This document shows, piece by piece, positions 40,801 to 52,500 of a stretch of 64,000 nt of DNA. Location: the NCBI GenBank assembly GCA_903813345.2, contig CAIIXF020000001.1:1116001-1180000 (forward strand). The letters are read 5' to 3'. This DNA comes from Owenia fusiformis (taxonomy: Eukaryota). Below the pieces are notes generated by a model, which saw only the letters and a list, made by a program, of their open reading frames with translations, was not told the DNA's origin and searched no databases. Position numbers and translations under genes: made by a program. The stretch's first letter is position 1; every line of letters begins with the position of its first letter.

Positions 40801-43800
40801 AGTCACAATGTAATATTTACCATCTACTCTTCCCTTCAATAAATATTTGAGATCATTGTAGTGTCATTTTACCATACTTTCAAGATAACTCCATGTAATG
40901 GCGAATTCCTGCTCTAGGAAGCCATTTTGAATTTTCTGAGGCACAAATCCGAAAAACAATACCATAACCGTGATCTACTCTGAAATTCCTTCAATTTGAA
41001 TACAATATAGCCATACTTTAAGAGATCAAAAATTAATTGCAAAATCCCACATTAGGCGGCCATTTTGAATTTTACGAGGCCCGAATCAGAAAAACAAACA
41101 ATATTTGCAATCTACTCTAAATTGCCTTTCATTTGAGTATAATAAAGCTATACTTCAAAAACATCTCAAAATTAATGCAAATTCCTGTTTTTCAAACCCC
41201 CCATTCACGGCACCTGGGGGTCAAGGTGAAAAACATGGAGTATAGGTGAAATAGATAGATCTTGTGAATATCGTACTACCAAAATTTCAAATAATAATAT
41301 TTATTATTTTTGTTTAAAATGAAAAACATAAGACTTTTGCAAAAAATTCCCGCAACATTTAAACTGGTGGCCATCTTGAAAATTTATTTTTGCGTAAAAC
41401 TATTCACCAATATACATCTTTCCACCAAATATGAAGAAAATCTGTCAACTAGTTGGGATAATAAACAAAGAACTTACCATCAGGTCCAAAGTTATCCAAC
41501 ACCCCTTCCACAAATCCAGATATGTACATGGCAGCTGCAAATATGTTGGCTAAGAAGAATAGCAGACCTAAACTGCCTCCAAACTCTGGGCCAAGAGCAC
41601 GGCTTATCATATCTAGCATACGCTAAGGAAATAATTTGAGGAATGGTAATAGCTTTGTTTAGCAAATGCAACTCCAATATTTTATTTATTCTTGGGAAAC
41701 TGCTGAGCCAAACAATCTGAATTCCATAAATTTATTATATGGAAATATACTGAGGGAGGGACTGCCTAAATACCTTTACTTTACAAAAATGCCATTATTG
41801 ATATTGTATAAGATATTGTAGTGTGACCAGATGATGCAGACCATAGTGATATCTAACATTTTGTATAGAAGTTTTAAAGGATACAATATGCCCCACCCCC
41901 TTCCACTGCTCCATTGGTTGAAATGGCACACACTGAGAGGATAGTAAAGGCAAGGATCAGGTAGGCCAGGCAAAATAGTGCAATTGTTTCCAGTATACCT
42001 GCTTGGCCAACAACAAATCCTGAAACATAAGAACAAAACATTATTTTGAGCAGTTATGGGAAAATGTTAAACATTATGGGGATAAAGGCTAGATATGTGT
42101 ATAAGGATTTATTATCAACGATCTAAAGTGAAATCCGTGTAATTAGATCGTTTTTCTTAGAGAATGAGAATGTATCATGTATAGATATTTTTCATCACTA
42201 ATTCTTGGAGATTAACAAAAAAGAGATAATTAGAATGACAAACATTTCAAGAACTAAGCGAATAAAACGTCAGAATGAACTATTCTTGAACTATTTTGAT
42301 GAGCAATTCCCATTGAATTAAACAGATTTTACAAAAAGAATGTACATGTTCAATGTTCATGGTCATCCAGTCTATGAAATAGGAGATTTAGAAAGGATAT
42401 CATTCCATTGTAAAGTGGAACACTTACAAAGGTGTCTCACTAGAGAGGTTTTACTGCATATGGTTTTCATTCTAGTTTGAATTATAGAAATGTATGGGTT
42501 ATCCTAACATTGTCCTGAATTGACCGCGAATGTCATTGACACACTGAGATAGATACATGTATGAGTCATGACTGTCATCGATGGTTCTAATTTGTCCCAG
42601 AATATATTACCTAAAACTTTACAAAAAAGAATATTTCCTTTTCAAACACTATATTATATGATTGAATAAAAATGAATAAAAAAGGACCATGACTCGCTGG
42701 ATTCAATTTTGTCACATCTAAAGTCAACAATTCTTGCTTATATTTATAAGTCTATGCTTTTATACATGCTGACCTTGAATCCCTTTTACATTTGGTTTAC
42801 ATCTTGTATGATAAGACAATACATCATTTATCTTAAAATAGAATAAGTTATCATATAGACATGTAAATATGAAATATAACTACATGTATCTTGTTCACAT
42901 GTGATATTATAGATCATCTAAGGACCCCCTCCCTCTCCAGTCTATTGTTGTATAGAGAGACAGTGCAAGTTAATCAAGAGTTTATCCTCTAGCTTCAGAC
43001 ATTTCTTATAATCCAATATTTATTGAATACAGTAAACTGAATGTTTTATTCGGTACTGTGAAATATTCTTTCATCTTGATTTAAAAAGATGGAAAAATTA
43101 CCAAATTTGGGTCAAATGCCATCTGTGGCGAGGATGCCTGTCCAATATTTATATATAATCCCCTGGAGCTTCCCCCCCCAGGTTGTGCAACAAGTATACA
43201 GAATAGCAACAATTGCTATCCAGGGTCGTGTAACATTTCCCTTCAGTCCACTCGAGGCAATCTGCGCGAGGTTCCATTTTTGGTTCAGTTTTTGGCGCAT
43301 ACACATTAAATCCAGCAATTTAATTTGTTCAAATTATTATAACGCATGCACAATTTTATTAACTTATGTTTATTATTTCACAGCAGTCCCTACCCATAAT
43401 GCATGTTATATTGCGGGAATATTTTTGTTTAGTGTCAAAACAAAAAGTATACACCCAACACAAGTGCAATGACATAATATCAACCTGTCCCAAATTTGTA
43501 GATGTTTGTTGTACGAACTAAAACCGAACTGATCACTAGTGGTGTCGCGATTAATCGATACATCGCGATATACATCGCCAAAGCTGGTTCTGGCGATGCA
43601 TCGATGTCTGAAACAAAACATCGATGTTTTTAAAAAACTAAAAATCGCCCTTTCTTATCTTATTTTGACGCAAATTGCTTACCTTTTTTCATGTCTTATT
43701 TCATTTTCAAATGTTTTCTGATATTCTTTCGCTTTAAAACTGTTTTAGCTAGTCGAAATGAACCATTAATCTAAAAAAATTACTTTACTTTCATTTCACC

Positions 43801-45872
43801 GTTACTATGTTCCCGGATGTAATTTGTTCTGTTCGATATTTTAGTGCATAAGCGTTCGGTATTTCAGTGCACTTTTCTCGAACTTTTTCTCGATGTACAT
43901 CGCGATATGCATCGATGTTTACTACTGAAAATTGCCGATGCATCGATGTACGATTATGGCACATCGCGACAGCACTACTGATCACAGAAAAGCAATTTGA
44001 ATCATGGGAATGAAGTACTTCCCTAATGTAAAAACGAACCAGGTCAAAACCAAACCTCACGCAGATTGCCCCAACTCCAGTCTTATTCCATTTTCTAAAA
44101 AGAATTGAGATATCTGATCAAATAAAGAAGTTATAAAATGCAGAAATCATTATAACTGAACACGGATAGTGGGAAGTCCTCCACCTAGGAGGTATATACT
44201 TAGCAGTTATGTCCCTATCATTGAATATATGCCTGAGGTCTGTCACCAATATAGCCCGAGCTTGCGAGGGCTATATTATGACAGACCGAAGGCATATATT
44301 CAATGATACGGACATAACTGTTGTATTACATACTTTTATATCATGGATACGTTATATCAATGACGCCACGTGTCTGTGTGCGAGTAAAATTAGGAAGAAA
44401 TGAAACATGACGTCCCGATGACGTCATAAGATTGTCATGGTAAAAAGTTTGACGGCTATACAGGAATATATAGCCGACCTTCAGCTCCATTGACTTCAAT
44501 ACAAATGCTTCACTGGGTATGTAATACACCAGGTAATGCAGGTAAAAATTTAAAAAATATGAAAAAAATATGGTCACCTGTCCTCTAGATTCAATTTTTG
44601 AATGAATCGTAGCATGATGTACAGATTATTTGATATCATGCTATTCTTGAAAGATTTATACGCAAAAATAACTGGGTCGCTCACCTCTTATGCCTATATG
44701 TGTTCAGAAATCATCAATTCTCGTGAGTAAAATTTCTCCAGGCCATTGAAAGTTCCGCTCAGTAAATTGACAATTTCTACTGTGCATGTGTCAATGACCT
44801 ACTTCCGGTTGTGAAACACTGGACGAAATGGTTTGGTAAATTTCAAGCTATTTGATTGGTCGAAGAAATCACGATGATTTGCTTTATTCTCGCGAGATAC
44901 GGCGCTCCGTCCCCTTAAATTTTTATTTTGAACAACCATTATGATTTGGTGCATTATCTGACCAATAAAGCAGATTTGGAGGTATGAATATTTTTTTTAT
45001 TTTTCTGTTTAGTGTTTTCTACAGGCCCTATGTGTCTCAGGATATTTGTTTAAGGTTCAGCTGGAAAGTAACATTTTGGTAAAAAATTGCTATACCTGCA
45101 CATGTTATTTTCTGGTACAAAATTAAGTATGAAGGCATGTGTGTATTTCCTTGCTTTTTTCAGGAAAGTATCATGACACTGTCTACTTTTAGTAAACCTG
45201 GAAACAGATCAATGGAAGCTCCTGTGTTGTCTGGAAACTTTGAAAGAAAATTTGGAAAAATAGAAAGTGTGAAATATCAGAATTTCCTGGAGTTCCCATT
45301 GAACTCCTACTAGATATTCTTAAAGAAGACAATGTAATGAAACTTTCCTGAAAAAAGCAAGGCAATTGACACATGTTTTCATACTTTATTTTGTACCAGA
45401 AAATAACATGTGCTGGTATAGCAATTTTTTACCAAAATGTTACTTTCCAGCTGTACCTTAACGAAAACTAGACAAATAATTTATACATATTTTTTATTTT
45501 GGATGGAAGCTGCGTTACCTGAGAAATAATATAAGTAATATATGGAGGACTTCCCACTATCCGTGCAACTGAATTTATGGAGCGACATCGTTTTTCAATT
45601 TTTGACAGAAAACCTAAAACCAACCCATGGTTATATGCTACAGCATAGGTACAGAAAATCTTACCCAAACGTAGAAATAGCACAGTGCTAAACATAGACA
45701 ATGCCACTGGACTGAAAACGCCCGCAAATGTTGAGAGGTTCCTCCTTGAATTTGGGTGATCAGAATTTTCATCTTTTCCATTTTCAAATTCTTCAACTTC
45801 AGGCCGTTGCTGTAGAAGAGGCGTCTGCTCATCCATGATGTCGTCCTGTGCATTGATACTTGACCTGTTCAT
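34897..45872 (-). CDS. SLC12A9: Solute carrier family 12 member 9 (cation-chloride cotransporter family), ~926 aa, 10 coding exons
   Basis: Exons 45872-45665, 42019-41885, 41612-41478, 40359-40220, 39855-39669, 39343-39236, 38078-37967, 37549-37392, 37053-36846, 36286-34897; phases consistent, 2781 nt. Motifs [121 protein letters not shown]. Start could instead be the downstream MDEQTPLL. Confidence 0.95.
38001..38792. repeat. Tandem repeat, 132-bp unit x6, spanning the SLC12A9 intron-6/exon-7 junction
   Basis: Units start at 38001, 38133, 38265, 38396, 38528, 38660 (one unit is 131 bp). Confidence 0.95.
41613..41884 (-). other. U12-type (minor spliceosome) GT-AG intron, SLC12A9 intron 2
   Basis: 5' site GTATCCTTT; branch-like TTTCCTTAGC ending 9 nt before the intron end; no polypyrimidine tract; splicing restores GGGAYYMISR. 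Confidence 0.9.
43537..43977. mobile_element. hAT MITE, copy 1
   Basis: TIRs TAGTGGTGTCGCGA / TCGCGACAGCACTA; perfect 8-bp TSD CTGATCAC; subterminal ATCGAT/ATCGCGAT arrays. Confidence 0.88.
44161..45565. mobile_element. TIR element (hAT- or P-like) carrying two nested insertions, in SLC12A9 intron 1
   Basis: Perfect 23-bp TIR CACGGATAGTGGGAAGTCCTCCA; 8-bp TSD with one mismatch (TAACTGAA / CAACTGAA). Confidence 0.7.
45054..45457. mobile_element. Kolobok-like MITE with ~110-bp TIRs
   Basis: TTAA|GGTTCAGCTGGAAAGTAACATTTTGG ... CCAAAATGTTACTTTCCAGCTGTACC|TTAA. Confidence 0.75.
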
Positions 45873-45959
45873 CGCATTATTTTTTGTCGATAAATGGGCA
45901 CTCGTTGACTCATTATCAGCTGTTTTGTCACAGATTTGTCCTCAGTCAACTCGGTTTGT

Positions 45960-46030
45960 TATTTTTTAGGTCAGGTCACGTGAGGTTTTTAACACCGGAA
46001 GTGATTTAATGACGACATCCGGTAGAGATT
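45960..46030. promoter_or_regulatory. Putative bidirectional promoter core for SLC12A9 and ANKRD29
   Basis: GGTCACGTGA (CLEAR/E-box-like, 45974-45983), ACCGGAAGTG (ETS, 45994-46003), ACATCCGGT (reverse ETS, 46015-46023) between divergent start codons ~640 bp apart. Confidence 0.65.
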
Positions 46031-46513
46031 AAAAAATCTCGGAAATTATTTGGAGGTTTTGTTCTATTTTCTCTTTAGTTACAAAACTGATTGATTTCAA
46101 ATAAACGACAATAGATGCTTTACGTAGTTGTGCAGTGAAAATAGTATGATTGATTTGCTCAGGAACTTGAATTTGTATGCATTGAATTGATATATGAAAA
46201 GATTCAATATTTTCCAAAACCATCGTTTGTTGCACACGAACTGATCTGCAGTTCTATTTTTATCCCTTAGCAGAGAGGCTAGACTCAACTGCTAGTTGGA
46301 ACATTATTTCAGCTCTTCATCCACAGCTAATAATACAAAGTCACTCAACGCTTACAGCACAGTTCAACCTCAGCTCTTCTGTTAGTCTTGCTGCAGAAAA
46401 TATTTGAGAAATAGAAGCCAGTAGCAAATATATAACAAAACAGTGAACGAGGAGCATTATAGTTACAGTTTACATCAACATTGGAGCATTAATCTTAATA
46501 TCGATTTAAAGCA

Positions 46514-49500
46514 ATGTCATTGGTAAGTACAAACAACTGTATACAGTGTAGAATGAATTATATACTGTTCAGTTATCTTCATCTTTTGTCGGAGTTATTT
46601 TGTTTTTGTTGGTGACAACTTCTTGTTAATTTCTCAAAAAATAAAGCTTTAATTAGTATAGTGAAATATGTAGATGTAGATGACATACCATACATTATAT
46701 GAGCATTCCATTCCTTACAGAATTAGAATTTAGATAACCAATAACATGAAACACAGCGTAATAAGATGGCATTAAAGTTTTGTCTTCACAAGAACTCAAT
46801 ACGTAGATCTACCAGTATGAAGAATACACTTATTTTGATATGTTTGACTTCACAAAAAAACTCAATATAGATCTATCTTTCAGTAAAACAATTGAAATCT
46901 GGTCAGGCCTTTATATTATGAGACAAGTTGCAATTACAGTACTGGTACTACAATGTATATGTCATCTATGAGTACACTACATATACACGAACAGTAATAC
47001 TGTACACATGGAAATGTACATAATTCATATTTATCTATCTAGTGTGGTACTAAAATAGATAAATACAGCAGACTATTTAGCAGTTCTGATTTAAAAAAAT
47101 CTTATGCAGAGAAAAGTATGAACATGTTACCACACAAATCAATTAGAATAAAACTATGAAGTACTGGTAATACTAGTGTAGAAAGTTAGTTATCTTGCCT
47201 TGTTTAGTGACTTGGTCCAAAGTATTAAACATCCTTACTCGTGCCTTAATAATACCTGATACACTTTTTGCAGAAAGAAACCTCCCCAGAGCAACAGCTG
47301 CACCTGGCAGCCTTGCAGGGAAACTTAGAACAACTTAAGAAAGTTTTAGAATCCGGCAAAGTTCATGTGGACTGTAAAGACAAGGTATGTGTATGCAAAT
47401 TATGCTGGTAGGAGATTTAAATTTATTGGTGTTCCATAAAAAGGTAACATCCCCTCAACAATCCATATCATAATTTTTACAATGATTGACTGTTTTTGGA
47501 TTGTTTTGTTTAGTATTGGCACTATTTGATTGATTGTTTATTAGGATTTACTGTTTTGGGATATTTATGTCACCACCAGAAGTGACATATTGTTAATTGT
47601 CTCCAACTTTTCTGTGGATGTTGTATGTGTTATAGCCTCTCAGTATGCCCTGTGTTGTATAATTTCCCTGTAATGTTTATGTATACATACATGGAACACC
47701 CTATATACATGTTGCAAAAGGGTACTCATTACATAATTGGTGTTTACTGAAGAATTGCATTCAGTTATTTAGTATCCAGTGTTGCAATTATTTTTCCTAT
47801 TCATCCTCAAAATACAGAACAATTTGAGAAAGAAGATTGAGCCCTGTTGTCGGAGGATTCCAATTGAAAGAAGATAACAACTGAACAAATGCTAAATTTG
47901 AAGATATCCAACCTTGCTTGTATTTCACAGTACTCATGTCTAGAATTAATTGTATCTTTGCTCACAGTCAGGTAAACAACAGTTTCAGCCTAATATAGAT
48001 CAACATTATGGAGCCGGAGCATCCTGATCTGGTGCTATATTCGTTGCAACATGTGTATTGTATGATATAAGGGTTTGTTCACTTAAAGCTAAATTACTGG
48101 TTGTTGTCTACATTTGGTACAGGGAGTATCTCATAGGTGGACAGGGAGCATCTCATAGGTGAACAGGGAGTATCTCATAGGTGAACAGGGAGCATCTCAT
48201 AGGTGGACAGGGAGCATCTCATAGGTGGACAGGGAGCATCTCATAGGTGAACAGGGAGCATCTCATAGGTGGACAGGGAGCATCTCATAGGTGGACAGGG
48301 AGCGTCTCATAGACTCAGAGATTGATTCTTTAATAAAAAGCATTCATTTATTAACCTCTCAGCCCATCTCTCTGGTAGAATGAACTCTTAAACTCCTTTA
48401 AAAATTGGACAGCCTGCTCATCGATAGATTTCTTGATTGAAATGAAGGCGTTGAAGAACCACTGATAGATAATTTGTAGTGTGATCTATCATAGCGTTGT
48501 AAGATAAGCACTATAAGCAACATTTGCTGTACTCAGGTGATTTTTCACCAATCTTTTTTAGAAAAATATTGCATGCATCATTAGGCATCTACAACAGTAT
48601 TTAGTTATTTCAAGGTTGTAGAAGGAGTCAGAAATTGTGTTTGGTTAAAAATGATGAGTGGCTCTTACACTTGAACCTGCTAGTGCTTGATGTGCTAACT
48701 TGGAGATAAATGCCAGGTTCAGTTCTATTCCCCTCAGCTATTTCTCTGATTATTTACATAGCTGTTGCAAAATATAATTTTAATGTATGGTACCTTGTGT
48801 TTTGGTAGATTAAATGTTTATATGTTTCCAGGATATAGCATATCAAGTATGATTAACATTTATCATATCCTGCAGATTTCAACATCTTGCTTCATAGATT
48901 ATAGTCGTATAGGCTGTCATGTTGTTTATCAAATATTTACATCATGGTTGAAAAAACTCAATTTGTAGGAGGGAGGTCTAGTGTTAAAACATAATGCCTT
49001 AACTTTAATTGTATGGATACACACTACACAGCAGCTTTGTATAAGAAGAACTGTTTTCATCATAATAGCTTTAGACTAAGCTTCTCCACCACTTTCACCA
49101 GACCGCATAGTTATTCCTCCAAATCCCCCTTCCCCAACCAATTCTGAGGCACGTTGGGGAGAAAAGTAACTAACAACAATTGGCTCAAAAAAGGGCTGCT
49201 GTTACCCCAATGCAATTCTCCCTTTGAATGCTCATGGTTGAACATGGAGGCTCTTACACATTAATCCTTATCCTGATAGAAGCCCAACATTTGTGATAAA
49301 GTTATATCTGTCAGGATAACCCTGGTAAAATTAATGTTCACAAATAATAGACAACTGGAAATGATCATGATCTATGTTTCAGTAATCAATCCAATGTTAA
49401 GCCTATTTTAGTGATTTTATTATCTCCCTCTATTTTGACAAACAGCAAGTTCCAGATATTTTATGGTTAGTTAGTTTGTATTCAAATGCACTGAATCCAT

Positions 49501-52500
49501 CAACATCAGGTTAACAGTCAGGTCAAAAGCATATTGTTACTCTACCCTGAGATCCCATTAGCTGGGCTATCCTACCCTCTTACTACATCTGATGATTTGA
49601 ATGTTTTTATACTCATCCGATCTTAATGATCTCAGTTATTGTTTTGATCGCTTTTGTAGGGTTTGTAGAGGTTTGCATGTGAAATGAATATGAATTTAGT
49701 TGTAGATTTAGGTAAAACATGTAGCTTTGTGATGTAAGATATACAAAATAGGTAACATCAATGAATTATTTCTCATTATAAGAGTATAGAAAAAATGCTG
49801 ATATTGTGAAGGGTATATAGAAAAATGGAAAGCAAATTAGGAAGTAAGAACAGGTTAGCAGTGATCAGGCCAGAGAATGTCCATTCCGTTGATTCCATTC
49901 CGGCATCATTTGGAATAACAAACAAGGTTAACGTAGCATCTCCGTCAATGTTAACAGACCAGTTAAATGCTGAGATGCATCCAATCAGATGTTTATCGGT
50001 TTTTGTTTATTCTACTAAATATTTGACAGGTGATTGTTGACTCAGATTTTTTATCTGAATCATCCTAGATGTTGGAAGTAAACTGCAGTATATCCTAAGG
50101 GCAGTTTTACTCATTGGAAGTAAACTACAGTATATTCTAAGGGCAATTTTACTCATTGGAAGTAAACTGCAGTATATCCTAAGGGCAATTTTACTCATTG
50201 GAAGTAAACTGCAGTACATGTATATCCTAAGGGCAATTTTACTCATTGGAAGTAAACTGCAGTACATGTATATCCTAAGGGCAATTTTACTCATATTAGT
50301 TACATTGACATTGATCACAAGTTGGAAGATCACATGATCAGTTACAAATACATAAACTGTACATTAAATCTGGTCACCCTTCCCCATTTACTTCTGTTAT
50401 CTAATGAATGGTTCAAAACATGATATTTGGGAATAATTTCAGCCACAATGTTAAAAGTTAATACATGCACTGTTAGGAACACAAAGACTATCGCGATCAT
50501 CCCAGAAACTAACACTGCACCTTTCAGCATCACTCATTTTGATGCCAGGCTGTTGAAACCGAACCAGAGTGCCATAAATTGTAATCATCCATTTGTACTG
50601 ATATCTATTTCCAATGTGAGACAACAACAACAGGATCTGTTTATAGTGTTGTCTATAGTATTTGAAATAATATGTTATTGTTTAGAAAGTTTGAAGGTTG
50701 CACTGAATCTGTTGCAACCAGTCTATCATTGTGATAGATTGTGCCATGTGGAGTCATATGTTGCCTGCCATACTTCAAAGGTAAAATATTAAGTTGGTTA
50801 ATGCCATAATTCCATAGTAGAATGTTACCTTGCAACGCTATTTGTTGTGTCTCTCTAAGATGTTCTTATTATTTTTTGCGATACATCTCATAATTTTATT
50901 GACCTGCAGCTTTCAGCATGGAGTCAGCTTATGTATCTATGCTCAATTAAGGTAGTCAGTGACAGAAGTGACATTGTCTTGTTAATGTTTGGTTGTGTTT
51001 TTTATTCTCTTATTTGTTATTATCTGAATGGACAGTATTCACAGTTCACACATAGGGAGACAAGGTGTGTCCGATTCCAGTCAATCCAAACACAGTATTT
51101 CATATAATTGCCCTGCATTATAACCAATCACTGCACTCAAGGTCATTTGTTGAATGGTTGTCAAGGTGACAACTTGACTACAGATTGAAATTGATGCTTT
51201 GACTCTTGCAAAAGGTTTCATTGAAAATATGTTATTCTAGTGATTTTGTATCTTTTAAGTGATAGAAAATATTTTGCAATGTTTGAAAAGAATTTAAGCC
51301 CAAGACTCAATGCATCGTGGCTGCTTCATTCCACTCAGGCATTGTTTCCTAAATTTTGCATTCCCGCTGCATGGTCATGCAAAGATTTCAAAACAACGCC
51401 TTCAGAGGGAGCACACAATGCACCGAGATCAGGGCTTAAATCATTCATATCATGAAAAAGATGATTATACAATGACAGTAATGATGGTAATTTTAGCACA
51501 TCATGTTTGGCAGTCATATTTGATTCTGATGAAATGATAGAAATGACACAACAGTGACCAATTTTATTGTAATATTGTAATTGTATGTATAACCCTTTTG
51601 GATGAAATATATTTTTCTGATTTTGGCAGTGTTGTCCATTCAGAAATCCTCTTTATCTAAAAAGCTTGTCTCTTCCTCCGAGAAAATAGAGACTAAAGAA
51701 CCCACTTTGGTATTGTAAAACAAAGTCTGACCACATGAACATAGATTTAGAGAGTTGATTACACCTGCCTTCAAGGTGATCCCTGTCTGCCAGCCTGCTT
51801 ACTTACCATGTATAGTTTAGGTGCATAACCTTGCTAACCAGGTAGACCAGTGCATTAAGTTTGGCTGCAGAAATCCCTGATTCATGGAATCCTAGTCTAA
51901 AATCAGTATCATGTTGTTATATCATAAGTTACAGAACTTGAAAAATTACAGGACAGTATTAATTTGTTATCCCTTTCAAGAGTCTGATTTCTGTATTTAC
52001 GGTCTAATGGCAGGGGCGGATCTGGGAATCAACAAGGAAAAAGATTTTGGGCCCCTAAAACCAAATAGTGGCTCATTTTCTTCAAAATTTGGCCTAAAAT
52101 TGAAAAAATGAGGGCCAGTAATGACCAAAAAGGCCCACTTTTTGGGACCTAAGGACTTTTTTGGCCCAATTCTTTTTGGGCCCAAATTTTTTCTGGGCCC
52201 ACCCAAGGGGGGGTTACCAATCAGAGTCCCTGTTACCTCATTTTCTGCTTCCATAAGTAACTGGCATCTATTTCATATTCAACTTACATGACATGCCATT
52301 ATAGCTACTTTTTAGATTATAAAGATCTTATTCTTTGGCACCTATTCTAGTCAGGGGGAAGTTACTTACATCTGGGCATCATGGGTAATAAAATCTCAGA
52401 GAATTTAGGATAACTATGGCCTTTCCAAACACTTGACTCAGTTATTATGAAAATAGCACAGATTTAACACTTTTTACCCTTTAATCCATCAGCTTACAAT

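Noticed and set aside
43406-44060. ORFs repeated at 62450-63015
   Set aside because: Incidental frames in two copies of a hAT MITE
50007-50333. 108-aa ORF with repeated MSKIALRIYCSLLP
   Set aside because: Product of a 42/48-bp minisatellite whose unit lengths are multiples of 3
49800-50780. Hydrophobic minus-strand frames in ANKRD29 intron 2 resembling a decayed membrane-protein gene
   Set aside because: Fragmented, interrupted by a minisatellite, and no identifiable motif
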